Assembly (NCBI GenBank): GCA_965652295.1
Contig: CBFGTS010000016.1
Span: 32,001 to 96,000 of the forward strand
Length of the DNA: 64,000 nt
Reading direction: 5' to 3'
DNA from: an uncultured Haloferula sp.
Lineage (GTDB): Bacteria > Verrucomicrobiota > Verrucomicrobiia > Verrucomicrobiales > Akkermansiaceae
Positions within the stretch are counted from its first letter, which is position 1. The number at the start of each line of letters is the position of its first letter. The notes beneath the pieces are model-generated. The model made no database searches. It had not been told where the DNA came from and saw only the letters and a program-made list of their open reading frames with translations. This document shows, one piece after another, positions 21,913 to 31,451 of this stretch. Position numbers and translations under genes: made by a program.

Positions 21913-23312
21913 CAGCGGCCGCCGAGGGCGCGGATGAGGTTGACGGTGTTGATGAAATCGGAGCCGCGGAGGAGGGCCTGCTGGCGTTCGGCATCGAGCG
22001 CGGTGCGTTCGGCATCGAGGACGCTGAGATAGTTGGCTGTGCCTCCCTGGTACTGCTCGCGAGCGGTGTCGCGGGCCTGAAGAGATGCGCGGACCGCACG
22101 CGCCTGGGCGGCGGCCTGGGTGTCGAGCAGACGGGTGGCGGCGAGCCGCGTCTCGACCTCGGCGAGGGCTTCGAGAATCGTCTGCTGGTAGATCTCGAGC
22201 ACCTCCTCGTAGCGCGCCTGGGAGCGTGCGAGTTCGGCCTGGTTGCGGCCACCTTGGAAAATGGGGACGTAAACATCGGGACCGATTCCCCAGAAGCGCG
22301 CGCCCCGGTTGAAGAGGCTTTCGAAGTCGGCCGCTTGAAAACCGAGCGAGCCGGTGATGCGGACCGAGGGGTAGAAGGCGGCGGTGGCGACGCCGACGCG
22401 GGCGTTTTCGGCGGCGAGCCGGCGCTCGGCCTGGCGGATGTCAGGGCGGGCGCGGAGCAGCTCGGCGGGGATGCCGGCCGGGATGGAGGGCGGCCGGCCA
22501 GCGAGCGGATCGGCCGCGATGCGGTAGTTGGAAGCGGCGCGTCCGGCCAGAGCGGCGAGCGCGGCCTCCTGCGCGGCGCGCTGGCGGCGGAGGGCGGCGA
22601 TGTCCGCCTGGCTGGTGGCTAGCAGGGCTTCGGCCTGGGAGACATCGAGTGAGCTGACCGCGCCGAGCTCGTGGCGATCGCGGACGACTTGGAGAGAGCC
22701 CTCGCGGCTTTCCACGCCGGCCTCGACGATCTGGATCTGCCGATCGAGCGCCCGCAGGTTGAAATAGCCCGCGGCGGCCTCCGCTTCGAGCGCGAGCCTC
22801 AGGGCATTGAGGTCTTCGGCGCTGGCCTGCGCATCGGCGGCGGCGGCCTGGACGCTGCGGCGGATGCGGCCGAAGAGGTCGATTTCCCAACTGGCGCTCA
22901 GCGGTGCTGCGAAGAGATTGCCCGTGCTGCCGCCATTCGGGATTTCCTCCGAGGACCGGCTGCGCGAGGCGGAGGGCGAAGCGGAGAGCTGCGGGTAAGC
23001 GTCCGCCGCAGCGAGCCGGACGATCGCGCGGGCCTGCTCGACGCGTTTCAGGCCGGCTTTCAACTCGTGGTTGGAGGCGCGAACATCGGCGACGAGGCGG
23101 TTCAGTCCGCCATCGCCGAAGACTTTCCACCAATCGTCGCGTCGGGCGGCCTCGCGACCGTTCTTGCGGGAGTCGTAGCGGTAATCGGCCGGCATTTCGG
23201 CCACCGGGGCATCGTAGTCCGGGCCGACCGTGCAGCCGCCGAGCAGCATCGCGGCGGAAAGGAATGGCAGGCCCGCGAGCGAACCCGGGCGTCGGAGAAA
23301 AAATGGGATCAT
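21909..23312 (-). CDS. Outer-membrane efflux lipoprotein (NodT/OprM/OprN family)
   Basis: 'LGGCTVGPDY', 'SWEIDLFGRIRR', 'LLRARPDIRQAE', 'RALGGRW'. Confidence 0.95.
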   Translation of the reverse strand: MIPFFLRRPGSLAGLPFLSAAMLLGGCTVGPDYDAPVAEMPADYRYDSRKNGREAARRDDWWKVFGDGGLNRLVADVRASNHELKAGLKRVEQARAIVRLAAADAYPQLSASPSASRSRSSEEIPNGGSTGNLFAAPLSASWEIDLFGRIRRSVQAAAADAQASAEDLNALRLALEAEAAAGYFNLRALDRQIQIVEAGVESREGSLQVVRDRHELGAVSSLDVSQAEALLATSQADIAALRRQRAAQEAALAALAGRAASNYRIAADPLAGRPPSIPAGIPAELLRARPDIRQAERRLAAENARVGVATAAFYPSVRITGSLGFQAADFESLFNRGARFWGIGPDVYVPIFQGGRNQAELARSQARYEEVLEIYQQTILEALAEVETRLAATRLLDTQAAAQARAVRASLQARDTAREQYQGGTANYLSVLDAERTALDAERQQALLRGSDFINTVNLIRALGGRW

Positions 23313-23345
23313 GAGAGGCGGCCCGGCAGTCGCGCCGGAAGCGGG

Positions 23346-23397
23346 TTACACCGGCGAGTTTACTTTCGTGGGGCCGGATGTAAACTGGAGAGTTTAC
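23346..23397. promoter_or_regulatory. Two TetR operator sites between the efflux operon and tetR
   Basis: Perfect 7-4-7 palindrome GTAAACTGGAGAGTTTAC (23380-23397) and a degenerate copy TTACACCGGCGAGTTTAC (23346-23363). Confidence 0.75.
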
Positions 23398-23445
23398 TTT
23401 TTTAGCGTTTGGATTCAGCCTCGGCGCTTCACGGTGGTTTGGCAA

Positions 23446-24045
23446 ATGAGTCGGAGTGACGAAAAGAGGCTGGCGATCCTGAACGCGGCGGTGGGCGAGT
23501 TCAGCGAGGCGGGCTATGCAGCGGCGAAGATGGATGCGATCGCGGCGCGGGCGGAGGTGTCGAAGCGCACGGTTTACAACCACTTCGAGAGCAAGGAGGC
23601 GCTGTTCCAGAAGATCAGCGAGCGGCTGTGCAGCCAGCTGGTGGTGGCCACGGAGATGCCCTACGATCCGCAGCGGGCGGTGCGGGATCAGCTGATGGAG
23701 CTGGCCTTGCGGCACCTCGAACTCGTGGGCTCCAAGGATTTCATGGACATGACGCGGGTGATCCTGCCGGAGCGGGTGCGGAATCCGGAACTGGCGAAGG
23801 GCGTGTTCGATCGCCTGCGTCGCGGGGAGACCGGGCTCGGGCGCTGGATGGAGCAGGCGATGGCCGCCGGCACGGTGCGCGACGGCGATTGGCGATCGGT
23901 GGCGCGGAAGTTCGGCGCGATGCTGAGCGAGTTCGGCTTCTGGCCGCAGCTGCTTGGAAATGAGGAGCCGCTCGACAAGGCCGGGCGCGAGGAGGTGGCG
24001 CGCAGGGTGGTGGCGCTTTTTATGGATGGAGTGGTGGCAAGGTGA
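23446..24045 (+). CDS. TetR/AcrR family transcriptional regulator
   Basis: 'KRLAILNAA..EF...GY....MDAIAARAEVSKRTVYNHFESKEALF'. Confidence 0.95.
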   Translation: MSRSDEKRLAILNAAVGEFSEAGYAAAKMDAIAARAEVSKRTVYNHFESKEALFQKISERLCSQLVVATEMPYDPQRAVRDQLMELALRHLELVGSKDFMDMTRVILPERVRNPELAKGVFDRLRRGETGLGRWMEQAMAAGTVRDGDWRSVARKFGAMLSEFGFWPQLLGNEEPLDKAGREEVARRVVALFMDGVVAR

Positions 24046-24131
24046 AGGCCGGCTGCAGGGAGACGGCCCGGGCCGAGTTTCGGTGCAAGAGCTGAGGCCG
24101 CGCGGGTTGTGGTAGGAGGGCGTCCCACCTC

Positions 24132-25769
24132 CTACCAGTCCAGTAGAAGGTTGTAGGAGAAGACGCGGTTGTCGGGGAGGGTGGGCGTTTCGTCATTGTC
24201 GATCTTGTCGTAAACGTTGCGCGGCGGGGAGATGGTACTGTCCTTGCCGTGGATGAAGTCCTGATCTTCGACGATGCAGCGGTAGGCCTTGTTGAGGGCG
24301 AGGGCGCGTTCACGGGACGGGGTGATGAGGTCGTAGACGTCCCTGGCTTTCGCGAGCTTTTCGCGGTCGAGCCGGCCATCGGTGAACCAGCGCTGCTCCA
24401 TTTCATCATTGTTGCGGAACTCGCTGCCGCCGCCGACGCGGGCGAGGTAGGTGGCGATTTCGCCCGTGGATTCGCCTTTCGAAGGGGCGTCCGGCATGCC
24501 TTTGAGGTTGATGTAGCCCCAGCCTTCCGCTCCATCGACCTTGCGGGGAAACGAGAAGGTCTTGTCGACCGTCACGCCCACGGCGTTGTGACAGCCCATG
24601 CAGGAGAAATTTTCCTCGAAGGTCATCGCACGCAGGCGGCCTTCGGCGTTCTCGATGAAACCCTGGACGACCCAGCCGCTTTTGTTGTCGATGCCCTGAT
24701 CGCCGAGGCCGAGGTAGTTCGGCAGGTTGCCGGCGTCCTTTTCGAAGCCCTCCTCCTCGTAGCGGCGGGCATAGACGGCCTTGTTGGCGGCCTTGGCCTT
24801 GCGCAGGTAGCGGACCTCCTTCATGCGGGTGGAGACGCCGATGGTGCCATCGCTTTCCACGCCGACGTAGCGGACGGTGTGGAGGAACTCGGTGCCCTGC
24901 GGGTAAAGATGGGTGTCGATGAACTCGCCGGCGGCGGCTCCGGTCCACGAGTCGAGACGGGTGATCCGGATGGCGGTGCCGAGGTGTCCGTCGCCATCGA
25001 GGTCGAGGCCGAGTTCGCGCTCATCGACCGGCAGGCAGGTGATGGACTCAAGGCCCTTCATCTTCGCTTCGAGAATGGCGAGGTTGCTACGGTAAACATC
25101 GTTGCTGGGTGAGCCATCGGCGTTGCTGCGGAAGGCTTCGGGCAGCCGGATCATGACGTCGTCGGTCGATCCGTTGGTCGGCCAGAAGGTGCTGGGGAGC
25201 GGCTTGTAGTTGAAGGCGACCCAGCCGGAGCCGTCGCGGGCGAAGCCGTTCTCATCGAAGGCGGCGGGGCCGAGGTGGAGGTCGGCGAGGTCGGGGATCC
25301 AGCCTTCGAAACCGGCTTCGCGGAGGCGGCTGGGAAGTTCGGAGTAGTTGTCCTGGCGGATGTAGGCGATGATCTCCTCGTCGCTGATGCGGGCCACGCG
25401 CTCGGAGCGGTCTTCGAAAAGGTTCTGCCAATGATTGGTCATGCCGAGGTCGCTGAAGGCGTAGTCGCGCTGCAAGTCCCCATCGCCGAGGACGTTCTCG
25501 CGACCCTCGATCGGGTTCTGGTGGCAGACGTAGCAGGGATTGTGGCGGGCCTCGGTGAGGGTGTAGCACTGCGGAGGGAGCACGGCCTCGGCGTTGGCGA
25601 GGATGTGCTTCGGATGGACGTCGGGCACCGGCGGGAGGACGCCGCGGGAGGCCTTGAGCGCGCCGATCATGCGCTCCGGCGTGGCGTTTTCCACGACCTC
25701 CGGCGTGGTGGCGGAAAGGGCGGAGAGGACGGGGAGCGCGACGACGACAAGAAGAGGTTTCATTTTCAT
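24132..25769 (-). CDS. Secreted uncharacterised protein with two CxxCH motifs (putative diheme c-type cytochrome), downstream of phoX
   Basis: Sec-type signal peptide; CYVCH near the N-terminus and CMGCH in the C-terminal third; EF-hand-like 'DLDGDGHLG'. Confidence 0.7.
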   Translation of the reverse strand: MKMKPLLVVVALPVLSALSATTPEVVENATPERMIGALKASRGVLPPVPDVHPKHILANAEAVLPPQCYTLTEARHNPCYVCHQNPIEGRENVLGDGDLQRDYAFSDLGMTNHWQNLFEDRSERVARISDEEIIAYIRQDNYSELPSRLREAGFEGWIPDLADLHLGPAAFDENGFARDGSGWVAFNYKPLPSTFWPTNGSTDDVMIRLPEAFRSNADGSPSNDVYRSNLAILEAKMKGLESITCLPVDERELGLDLDGDGHLGTAIRITRLDSWTGAAAGEFIDTHLYPQGTEFLHTVRYVGVESDGTIGVSTRMKEVRYLRKAKAANKAVYARRYEEEGFEKDAGNLPNYLGLGDQGIDNKSGWVVQGFIENAEGRLRAMTFEENFSCMGCHNAVGVTVDKTFSFPRKVDGAEGWGYINLKGMPDAPSKGESTGEIATYLARVGGGSEFRNNDEMEQRWFTDGRLDREKLAKARDVYDLITPSRERALALNKAYRCIVEDQDFIHGKDSTISPPRNVYDKIDNDETPTLPDNRVFSYNLLLDW

Positions 25770-25780
25770 GAAGGAAGAGA

Positions 25781-25806
25781 GGGGGCGGGCCGTTGAGCCC
25801 GCCCCC
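25781..25806 (-). terminator. GC-rich hairpin between phoX and the CxxCH gene (stabiliser or weak terminator)
   Basis: GGGGGCGGGC-cgttga-GCCCGCCCCC is a 10-bp perfect stem, followed on the minus strand by a pyrimidine run that is not pure U. Confidence 0.45.
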
Positions 25807-25835
25807 CGTGGTTTGTTCTGCCAGGAACAGGAAAA

Positions 25836-27419
25836 TCATTCGCCGAACTGGACCGGCGCGCGGTTCAGCTGGTTCACGAAGTGTTGGTTGTCGATATGGG
25901 AGACGTTGAACATCCACACCGCGTCGCCGAGGCCGTCGGGGACATCGGCGAGGTCGGTGCTGTCCGGGTGCTGGACGCAGACGGCGAACTCGGTCGGAAT
26001 GGCCGGGTTCCAGATCATGCCGGTGGCTTCCGAGCCATCGACGCGAAGGCTGAGGAAATGGTCGAGCGACTCGCCGACGCCATCGTTGTTGACGTCGCGC
26101 ACCATCCAGATGTCGCCTCCGGTGCTGGAACTGTTCGGGGAATCCTCGATGACGTAAATGTTGCCGAGAGCGTCGATGGCGAGGTTGTCGGGCGAATTGA
26201 GGGTGCCGCTGGTGCCGGCGAAGCCAGCGTTTTTCGGGGTGCCGGCTTCGCTGGCGAAGACGCGGACGATCGCCTTGCCGCTCGGGCCGGCTGGCTGCGG
26301 TGAGGCCCAGGGATTGAAATGAGCACCGCGGCTGCGGTGGGAGCGGTTCCAACCCCACCAGCCCCGGCGTGCCGGGTTTTCGAGGATCTCAATGGAATAG
26401 ACGGACGCCTCCGAAGTGGCGGTGAAGTAGATGACCTCGTTGCCGTTGGCGAGGCGGCTGATGGCCATGTCCTCGGGACGACCGAAAGGCGTGCCCCCGG
26501 CGTCGTTCGCCGCGACGCGGCCGGCGCGATAGGACAGGTTGTCGAAGTCATCGACGAAGGGATCGGTGATGCCCGGCAGCGGCGTGCCGCTGGCGTCGGT
26601 CAGCGGCACCCAGGTGGCGGCACCGGTGCGGGTGGCCGCGCCATTGGTGGCGCTGTTCCAGTTTTCAGATGACGAGCCTTGGAAGGCATCCACGGAAAGG
26701 ATGAAGGTTTGGCCTTGGGTGTAGTCGCCTGCGGTGGACATCACGAACTTGTAGATCGAGCCCGAATTGTCCTCGTCCACGAAGTAGATCGTGTCGTTGA
26801 ACTTCTTCGAGAAGTTGATGCCTTCGTGGGAGACGTTGGCGATGCTATCGAGCACCCGGGCTTCGACATCCCCGGCGGAGGCGAAGGGATTGAGGACCTC
26901 GACCACGCGGCCGGTGCCGGCCCATTCCTCGGCGAGGAAAAGGGTGCCGTTCGGGGTGAATCGGCACGGGTCGAATGCGCCGAAGTCGTTGGTATAGTCA
27001 CCGGTTTCCCCCTGGCCATCGCCTTGGAAGATCAGCTCGGCATGGTTGTCGTAGACGCTGTAGCGGGTGACGCCGGCGCTCCACTGCGTTTCATGAGGGA
27101 TGAAGAGGTATTCGCCGTTCGGATCGTAGGCGATCATGTCGAACATCGAGGCGTTGCTGCCGAGGTTGGCGGCGCGGAGGGTGGATTGGCCGTAGCTGAG
27201 GACTTCGTCCTCGACCTCGCGGAGGCTGAGAACATTTTTCTGGCTGATGCCGGCGGGAGAAACCCAGGGCGAGGTGAGTTCCTCCGCCGAGTTCGGAGAG
27301 GTGACGGGTGCGGATTCGGTCAGTGGTGTGAACCAGACCGGCGTGCCGGCGAAGGAGGCGCCGGAGGTGGCGACAAGGGCGGCCAGGAGAAGCTGGCGGC
27401 GGGTGACAAGGCGTTTCAT
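25836..27419 (-). CDS. phoX: PhoX/DUF839-family alkaline phosphatase
   Basis: Twin-Arg-like leader 'TRRQLL'; motifs PHE, 'TPNGTLFLAEE', SHEG, VDED, RPED, SPDNL, IED, EATG, VQHP. Confidence 0.85.
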   Translation of the reverse strand: MKRLVTRRQLLLAALVATSGASFAGTPVWFTPLTESAPVTSPNSAEELTSPWVSPAGISQKNVLSLREVEDEVLSYGQSTLRAANLGSNASMFDMIAYDPNGEYLFIPHETQWSAGVTRYSVYDNHAELIFQGDGQGETGDYTNDFGAFDPCRFTPNGTLFLAEEWAGTGRVVEVLNPFASAGDVEARVLDSIANVSHEGINFSKKFNDTIYFVDEDNSGSIYKFVMSTAGDYTQGQTFILSVDAFQGSSSENWNSATNGAATRTGAATWVPLTDASGTPLPGITDPFVDDFDNLSYRAGRVAANDAGGTPFGRPEDMAISRLANGNEVIYFTATSEASVYSIEILENPARRGWWGWNRSHRSRGAHFNPWASPQPAGPSGKAIVRVFASEAGTPKNAGFAGTSGTLNSPDNLAIDALGNIYVIEDSPNSSSTGGDIWMVRDVNNDGVGESLDHFLSLRVDGSEATGMIWNPAIPTEFAVCVQHPDSTDLADVPDGLGDAVWMFNVSHIDNQHFVNQLNRAPVQFGE

Positions 27420-27530
27420 GTGTTTCGTAGTTTGATTGCTGGTGCCAGTGGGCGCGGAGAATGACGCGCCCGGCCCGGGAGCCTCTGAGGGATTGATCGC
27501 CCCGGGACATCTCCTTTAGGGTGCCGGTTG

Positions 27531-27660
27531 TTTCACATGGCGGTTTCGTCGCTTTCCAGTCGCTGCGAGATCGTGTTTGATGAGATGGGCCGGTCGGCCA
27601 TGGGGGCAGACCAAGCGGGGTCGTCACATGGGTCCGGAGCACTCGTGACGGAAGCGTCAC
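27531..27660. promoter_or_regulatory. Pho-box-like 11-bp-phased repeats in the divergent phoX/TBDT promoter
   Basis: GTCAC 27623, GTGAC 27645 and GTCAC 27656 (offsets 0, 22, 33). The minus strand over 27563-27531 reads GCGACtggaaa-GCGACgaaacc-GCCATgtgaaa. Confidence 0.6.
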
Positions 27661-27717
27661 ATGGGGCGGCTTCATGGATGGCGGCGGGGCGGCTACGCCC
27701 TTCCCGCTTCCCGCCCG

Positions 27718-30700
27718 ATGCACGCTCTCCGTTTTCCGCTCCCCACACCGGCCGTCCTCACGCGTCGCCTGAGGAAATGCATCGCGGTCGCCGCAATTCT
27801 CAGCGGGCTTGGCGGCCTGGTCCTGCCGGTTTCCGCCGAGGGGTTGCCGCAGGCGGCCGGGGTCTTCACCTTCGAGGAGTTCTCTTCCCTGCTTCCGCAA
27901 AAGGACGGCTCGCCCCGCGGTGTGGTGCGCTTTGAAACCGCCGCGGCCGGTTTCCTGCTGGCGGATGAGGAATCCCTCCCGGCGTGGCGATACCTGCGAT
28001 GGACGATGCCGCCGGGCCCATGGGCGGGAACTACGATGGATCTCGTGGATGCGTCCGGCATCGGGCTCGCGCCGCCGGAGGGCGGGGAGGATCTCGAGGG
28101 TCCGTGGGTTCCCGGCGATGTCGCTCAAGGTCCCGCTCCGGTTGCGAAAGGCGAACTTGCCGGCAATCCGCTGCCGATCGAGCAGCGCGCCGGTACCGCC
28201 GTGCTGGAGGGCGAGGTTTCCGACGTGACGACGCTCGAACCCATCGCCGGGGCGATCGTCTCCGTGACCGGAACCGGCCGCGAGGACGAGACGGATGCCC
28301 AGGGGCGCTTCCGCATCACGAATCTACCCGAAGGCAACGCCACCGTGGAAGCGTTGAAGCTCGGCTACTCGACCGGCACCGCGGCAGCGACTTTGCGGAA
28401 CGGCACCACCGCCGAAGTTCGCATCGCCTTGCGGGTGAAATCCCAGGACACCCATGAGGGCGAATACATGCTGGCGGAGGAGTCGATTGTCGGGGAATAC
28501 AACGAGTCGAATCAGGGGGATTTCAATCTGGATCTGGATCTTTCGACACCGACGCTCCGGAGCGGGATGACCGAGGAGGAGTTCACCAAGGCGGCGGTGA
28601 GTGACGCGGGCGAAGCGTTGGAGAAAGTGTCGGGTGCCAACGTCGTGGATGGAGCTTTCGCGGTGGTTCGAGGACTGGCCGACCGTTACGTGACGACCAC
28701 GCTCAATGGCGGTCAGATTTCCTCGGCGGTGCCCGACCGAAAGGCGGTGCGGCTGGACCTTTTCCCGACCTCCGCGATGCGGGCGATCGTGGTAGACAAG
28801 CTTTATCGGGAGCCGTTGCTCGGCGACTTCGGCGGCGCTGCGATCGATCTTCAAACCAAAATCTTCCCCTCCGAGCCGGTGGTCGATTTCAAGTACAAGC
28901 AAGAGTTCAATCCGTCCCTGCCGGATTACATCCTGCTGCCGAACGACAGTGATCTGGGGTATTTCAGCAGTCTCGGCGGCGGTCGGAAGATCAATCTGGA
29001 CTCGCTCATCGGCGACAATGGCTTTCTCATTCCCGGTCAGCCGACGAAAAGCGCGGGGGCCCCGCCGACGGTGCCCGAGGCGCAGGCGGCCTGGCTCGCA
29101 CTGTTCGACTCGCGAGACCTGCGTCCGAGTGCCCGAAGAAGTCGGGACGAGGAGTCCTTCAGTGCGACGATCGGAAACACGTATTCCCTATCGGATGACC
29201 TCAAGTTCGGATTCCTGATCGCGGGCGGGGCCAAATCGGAAGACAGCTACAATGCGACGGAAGTTCTTCAGGTGAACGGAACCACGTGGGATGAAGAGGA
29301 GTTCCAGCGCCAGTATGAATGGAACCTCTACGCGGCGGCGGGCCTCAAGTTCAGGGACCAGCACGAGATCACCGCCACCTATTTCCGAAAAAACATTACT
29401 CAGGACAACGTCACGACGGCCCGCAACATCGAGGATGGGGAGATTTACGGCACGCCGGAATTCTTCAACGCTACCACAAGGCTTTATGGTGCGGCGGCGA
29501 CGCTTCGTGGGAATTTTGAAGAGATCGATCCGCTGGAGCAGGATCTTGAACTGCTCCAGTTCGCCGGGAAACATCAGTTCGGTGAGCGGGGACCTACTCT
29601 CAAGTGGGCCTTCACCGAGTCCGACGCCCTTGAGGAGCGGCCGAACTACTCGCTCTTCCAGTGGACCACGCTCGACTTCACGGACGACCAGGCTTTCGAC
29701 CTTGCCCGTGGGATCGAGAACCAACGGCTCTTTAGCCAGATTGCCCGATCGTTTCCAGACGCTCCCACGTTCCAGTCCCTTGATGAAGCGGGGGAATTCC
29801 TGCTTTCCAAGGGTGTTCCGCAGGCGAGCGTGACGCGGGCGCTGGATGCGGTGCTCGCGCGATACCCGGTGGTCGATCCTTCGCTTGGGGCCATCGATAC
29901 CCTGGCTCTCCTCGCGATCACCCAGCAGGCGGGGCCAGGCAATTACTCGCCGAGAACTACTCAGAAGATTGAGGAGAACACGGTGGACCAGCGGCTCGAC
30001 CTGGATGTTCCTTACTATTTCAGTGAGGACGATGAGACCGCCGGGGTGCGGCTTAATATGGGGTTTTCCAATGTGGAGAAGGAGCGCACTTCGCAAATCT
30101 CCATCTTTGACCTCATTCCCGAGTTTCAGGACGCCGCGGGCAACAACATCTACGGCCTGCCCGAGGAGCTGTTGGTCCAGCTTGGAGAGGAGTTCGTCAA
30201 CAACCCGCAGCTCCTGCGCGACTTCATCACGGGTTACTGGGCGGGCTCGATTTACTTCAACGACAACACGCTGGGCAACAACCTCAGTCCGCCAGCGCAG
30301 TTGATCAACAACGTCGAGGGCAGCCACAAGATCACCTCGCACTACCTGGGTGGTGAGATCTTCCGCGACGATTGGTTCCTGCGCGGAGGCGTTCGCTATG
30401 AAAAGGAAGAGCGTTCGGCGGTGATCCTCGATCCCTCACCCATCCTGCCACCCGAGTTTCAGAACCTTCAGCCCAGCAACTATGAGGAGCTGCTGCCGAC
30501 CCTTACCGCGGGCTCGAACTACTTCGATGGCAAGGTGAAGCTGATCGCCGGTTGGTCCCGCACCGCAGCCCGCCCGACCTTCTACGAATGGCTGCCGACG
30601 AAATCGATCGACCTCTCGACCGGTTTCATCCGGCAGGGCAATCCGTTCCTTGAGAACTCGGAGGTCACAAACTATGACCTCGCGATCGAGTATCTCTTGA

Positions 30701-31311
30701 ATCCGAGCACCAGCGCGCGGGTCAGCTTTTTCCACAAGACCATCACGGCGCCGGTGATTGAGCAGCGGTTGACCTCCGATTTCATCACCTATAGCAACGG
30801 GGAGGACAGCAGCCTGAGCGGCGTCGAGTTCGAGTTGGATATCCAGGATCTCGGCCCCTTCTCCCTCGGCGCGAATTTTACCTACATCAATGCGGAGCTG
30901 CTATATGAGGTGGAGAATCCGTCGACCGGTCTTGATGAGATCACCGCAGTCCAGTTCCCCTACCAGCCCGAGTGGCTCGCCAACTTCAATCTTGGGTATG
31001 AGCACGAAAAATGGGGCCTCGCTGTCAATCTGATCTATAACTTCACCGGGGCCTACAACACGATCCTGCGGCGAACGGAGGCGGATCCGAATCTGGAGCA
31101 GCAGTCGACACAGTCGATCGACCTGGTGTTGCGAAAGACCTGGGAGGATGTGATGGGCGTGGAGTTCGAGCTGGGTGCGGGGGTGAAGAACCTGTTCGCG
31201 ACGGACCGTGAACTGGTCTGGCGCGGCGGCGCGCCGACGATTGATGGCAGAACCCATCGCACCATCGACGCGCAGCGAACCTACTTCGTTGAGATGAAGT
31301 GCTCGTTCTGA
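27718..31311 (+). CDS. TonB-dependent receptor with carboxypeptidase-regulatory-like N-terminal domain
   Basis: 'GEVSD..TLEPIAGAIVSV.GT....TDAQGRFRI'; plug 'DAGEALEKVSG..VVRGLADRY..TTLNG', 'VRLDLFP'; 'GNPFLENS..NYDL'; C-terminal Phe. Start is uncertain. Confidence 0.92.
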   Translation: MHALRFPLPTPAVLTRRLRKCIAVAAILSGLGGLVLPVSAEGLPQAAGVFTFEEFSSLLPQKDGSPRGVVRFETAAAGFLLADEESLPAWRYLRWTMPPGPWAGTTMDLVDASGIGLAPPEGGEDLEGPWVPGDVAQGPAPVAKGELAGNPLPIEQRAGTAVLEGEVSDVTTLEPIAGAIVSVTGTGREDETDAQGRFRITNLPEGNATVEALKLGYSTGTAAATLRNGTTAEVRIALRVKSQDTHEGEYMLAEESIVGEYNESNQGDFNLDLDLSTPTLRSGMTEEEFTKAAVSDAGEALEKVSGANVVDGAFAVVRGLADRYVTTTLNGGQISSAVPDRKAVRLDLFPTSAMRAIVVDKLYREPLLGDFGGAAIDLQTKIFPSEPVVDFKYKQEFNPSLPDYILLPNDSDLGYFSSLGGGRKINLDSLIGDNGFLIPGQPTKSAGAPPTVPEAQAAWLALFDSRDLRPSARRSRDEESFSATIGNTYSLSDDLKFGFLIAGGAKSEDSYNATEVLQVNGTTWDEEEFQRQYEWNLYAAAGLKFRDQHEITATYFRKNITQDNVTTARNIEDGEIYGTPEFFNATTRLYGAAATLRGNFEEIDPLEQDLELLQFAGKHQFGERGPTLKWAFTESDALEERPNYSLFQWTTLDFTDDQAFDLARGIENQRLFSQIARSFPDAPTFQSLDEAGEFLLSKGVPQASVTRALDAVLARYPVVDPSLGAIDTLALLAITQQAGPGNYSPRTTQKIEENTVDQRLDLDVPYYFSEDDETAGVRLNMGFSNVEKERTSQISIFDLIPEFQDAAGNNIYGLPEELLVQLGEEFVNNPQLLRDFITGYWAGSIYFNDNTLGNNLSPPAQLINNVEGSHKITSHYLGGEIFRDDWFLRGGVRYEKEERSAVILDPSPILPPEFQNLQPSNYEELLPTLTAGSNYFDGKVKLIAGWSRTAARPTFYEWLPTKSIDLSTGFIRQGNPFLENSEVTNYDLAIEYLLNPSTSARVSFFHKTITAPVIEQRLTSDFITYSNGEDSSLSGVEFELDIQDLGPFSLGANFTYINAELLYEVENPSTGLDEITAVQFPYQPEWLANFNLGYEHEKWGLAVNLIYNFTGAYNTILRRTEADPNLEQQSTQSIDLVLRKTWEDVMGVEFELGAGVKNLFATDRELVWRGGAPTIDGRTHRTIDAQRTYFVEMKCSF

Positions 31312-31451
31312 GCGGCGGATCGATGGGTGACGGAGGATGTGACGAATCCGTTTCATCAAAGTGGTCTGCGGATGCCGGGGCGATTTCTAGGGTCCCTCGC
31401 CGCCCGATGAGAATCAGTGCGAAGGGTGGCAAATCTAGTCGTCTCCAACCT

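Noticed and set aside
27645..27662. GTGA..TCACA as a CRP/FNR site
   Set aside because: The spacer is 8 bp rather than 6, and the units continue in 11-bp phase, which fits a direct-repeat binder better.
27420..27717. Cobalamin or other riboswitch in the phoX/receptor intergenic region
   Set aside because: Only generic GC hairpins are present and I recognised no conserved riboswitch core. An Rfam scan would settle it.
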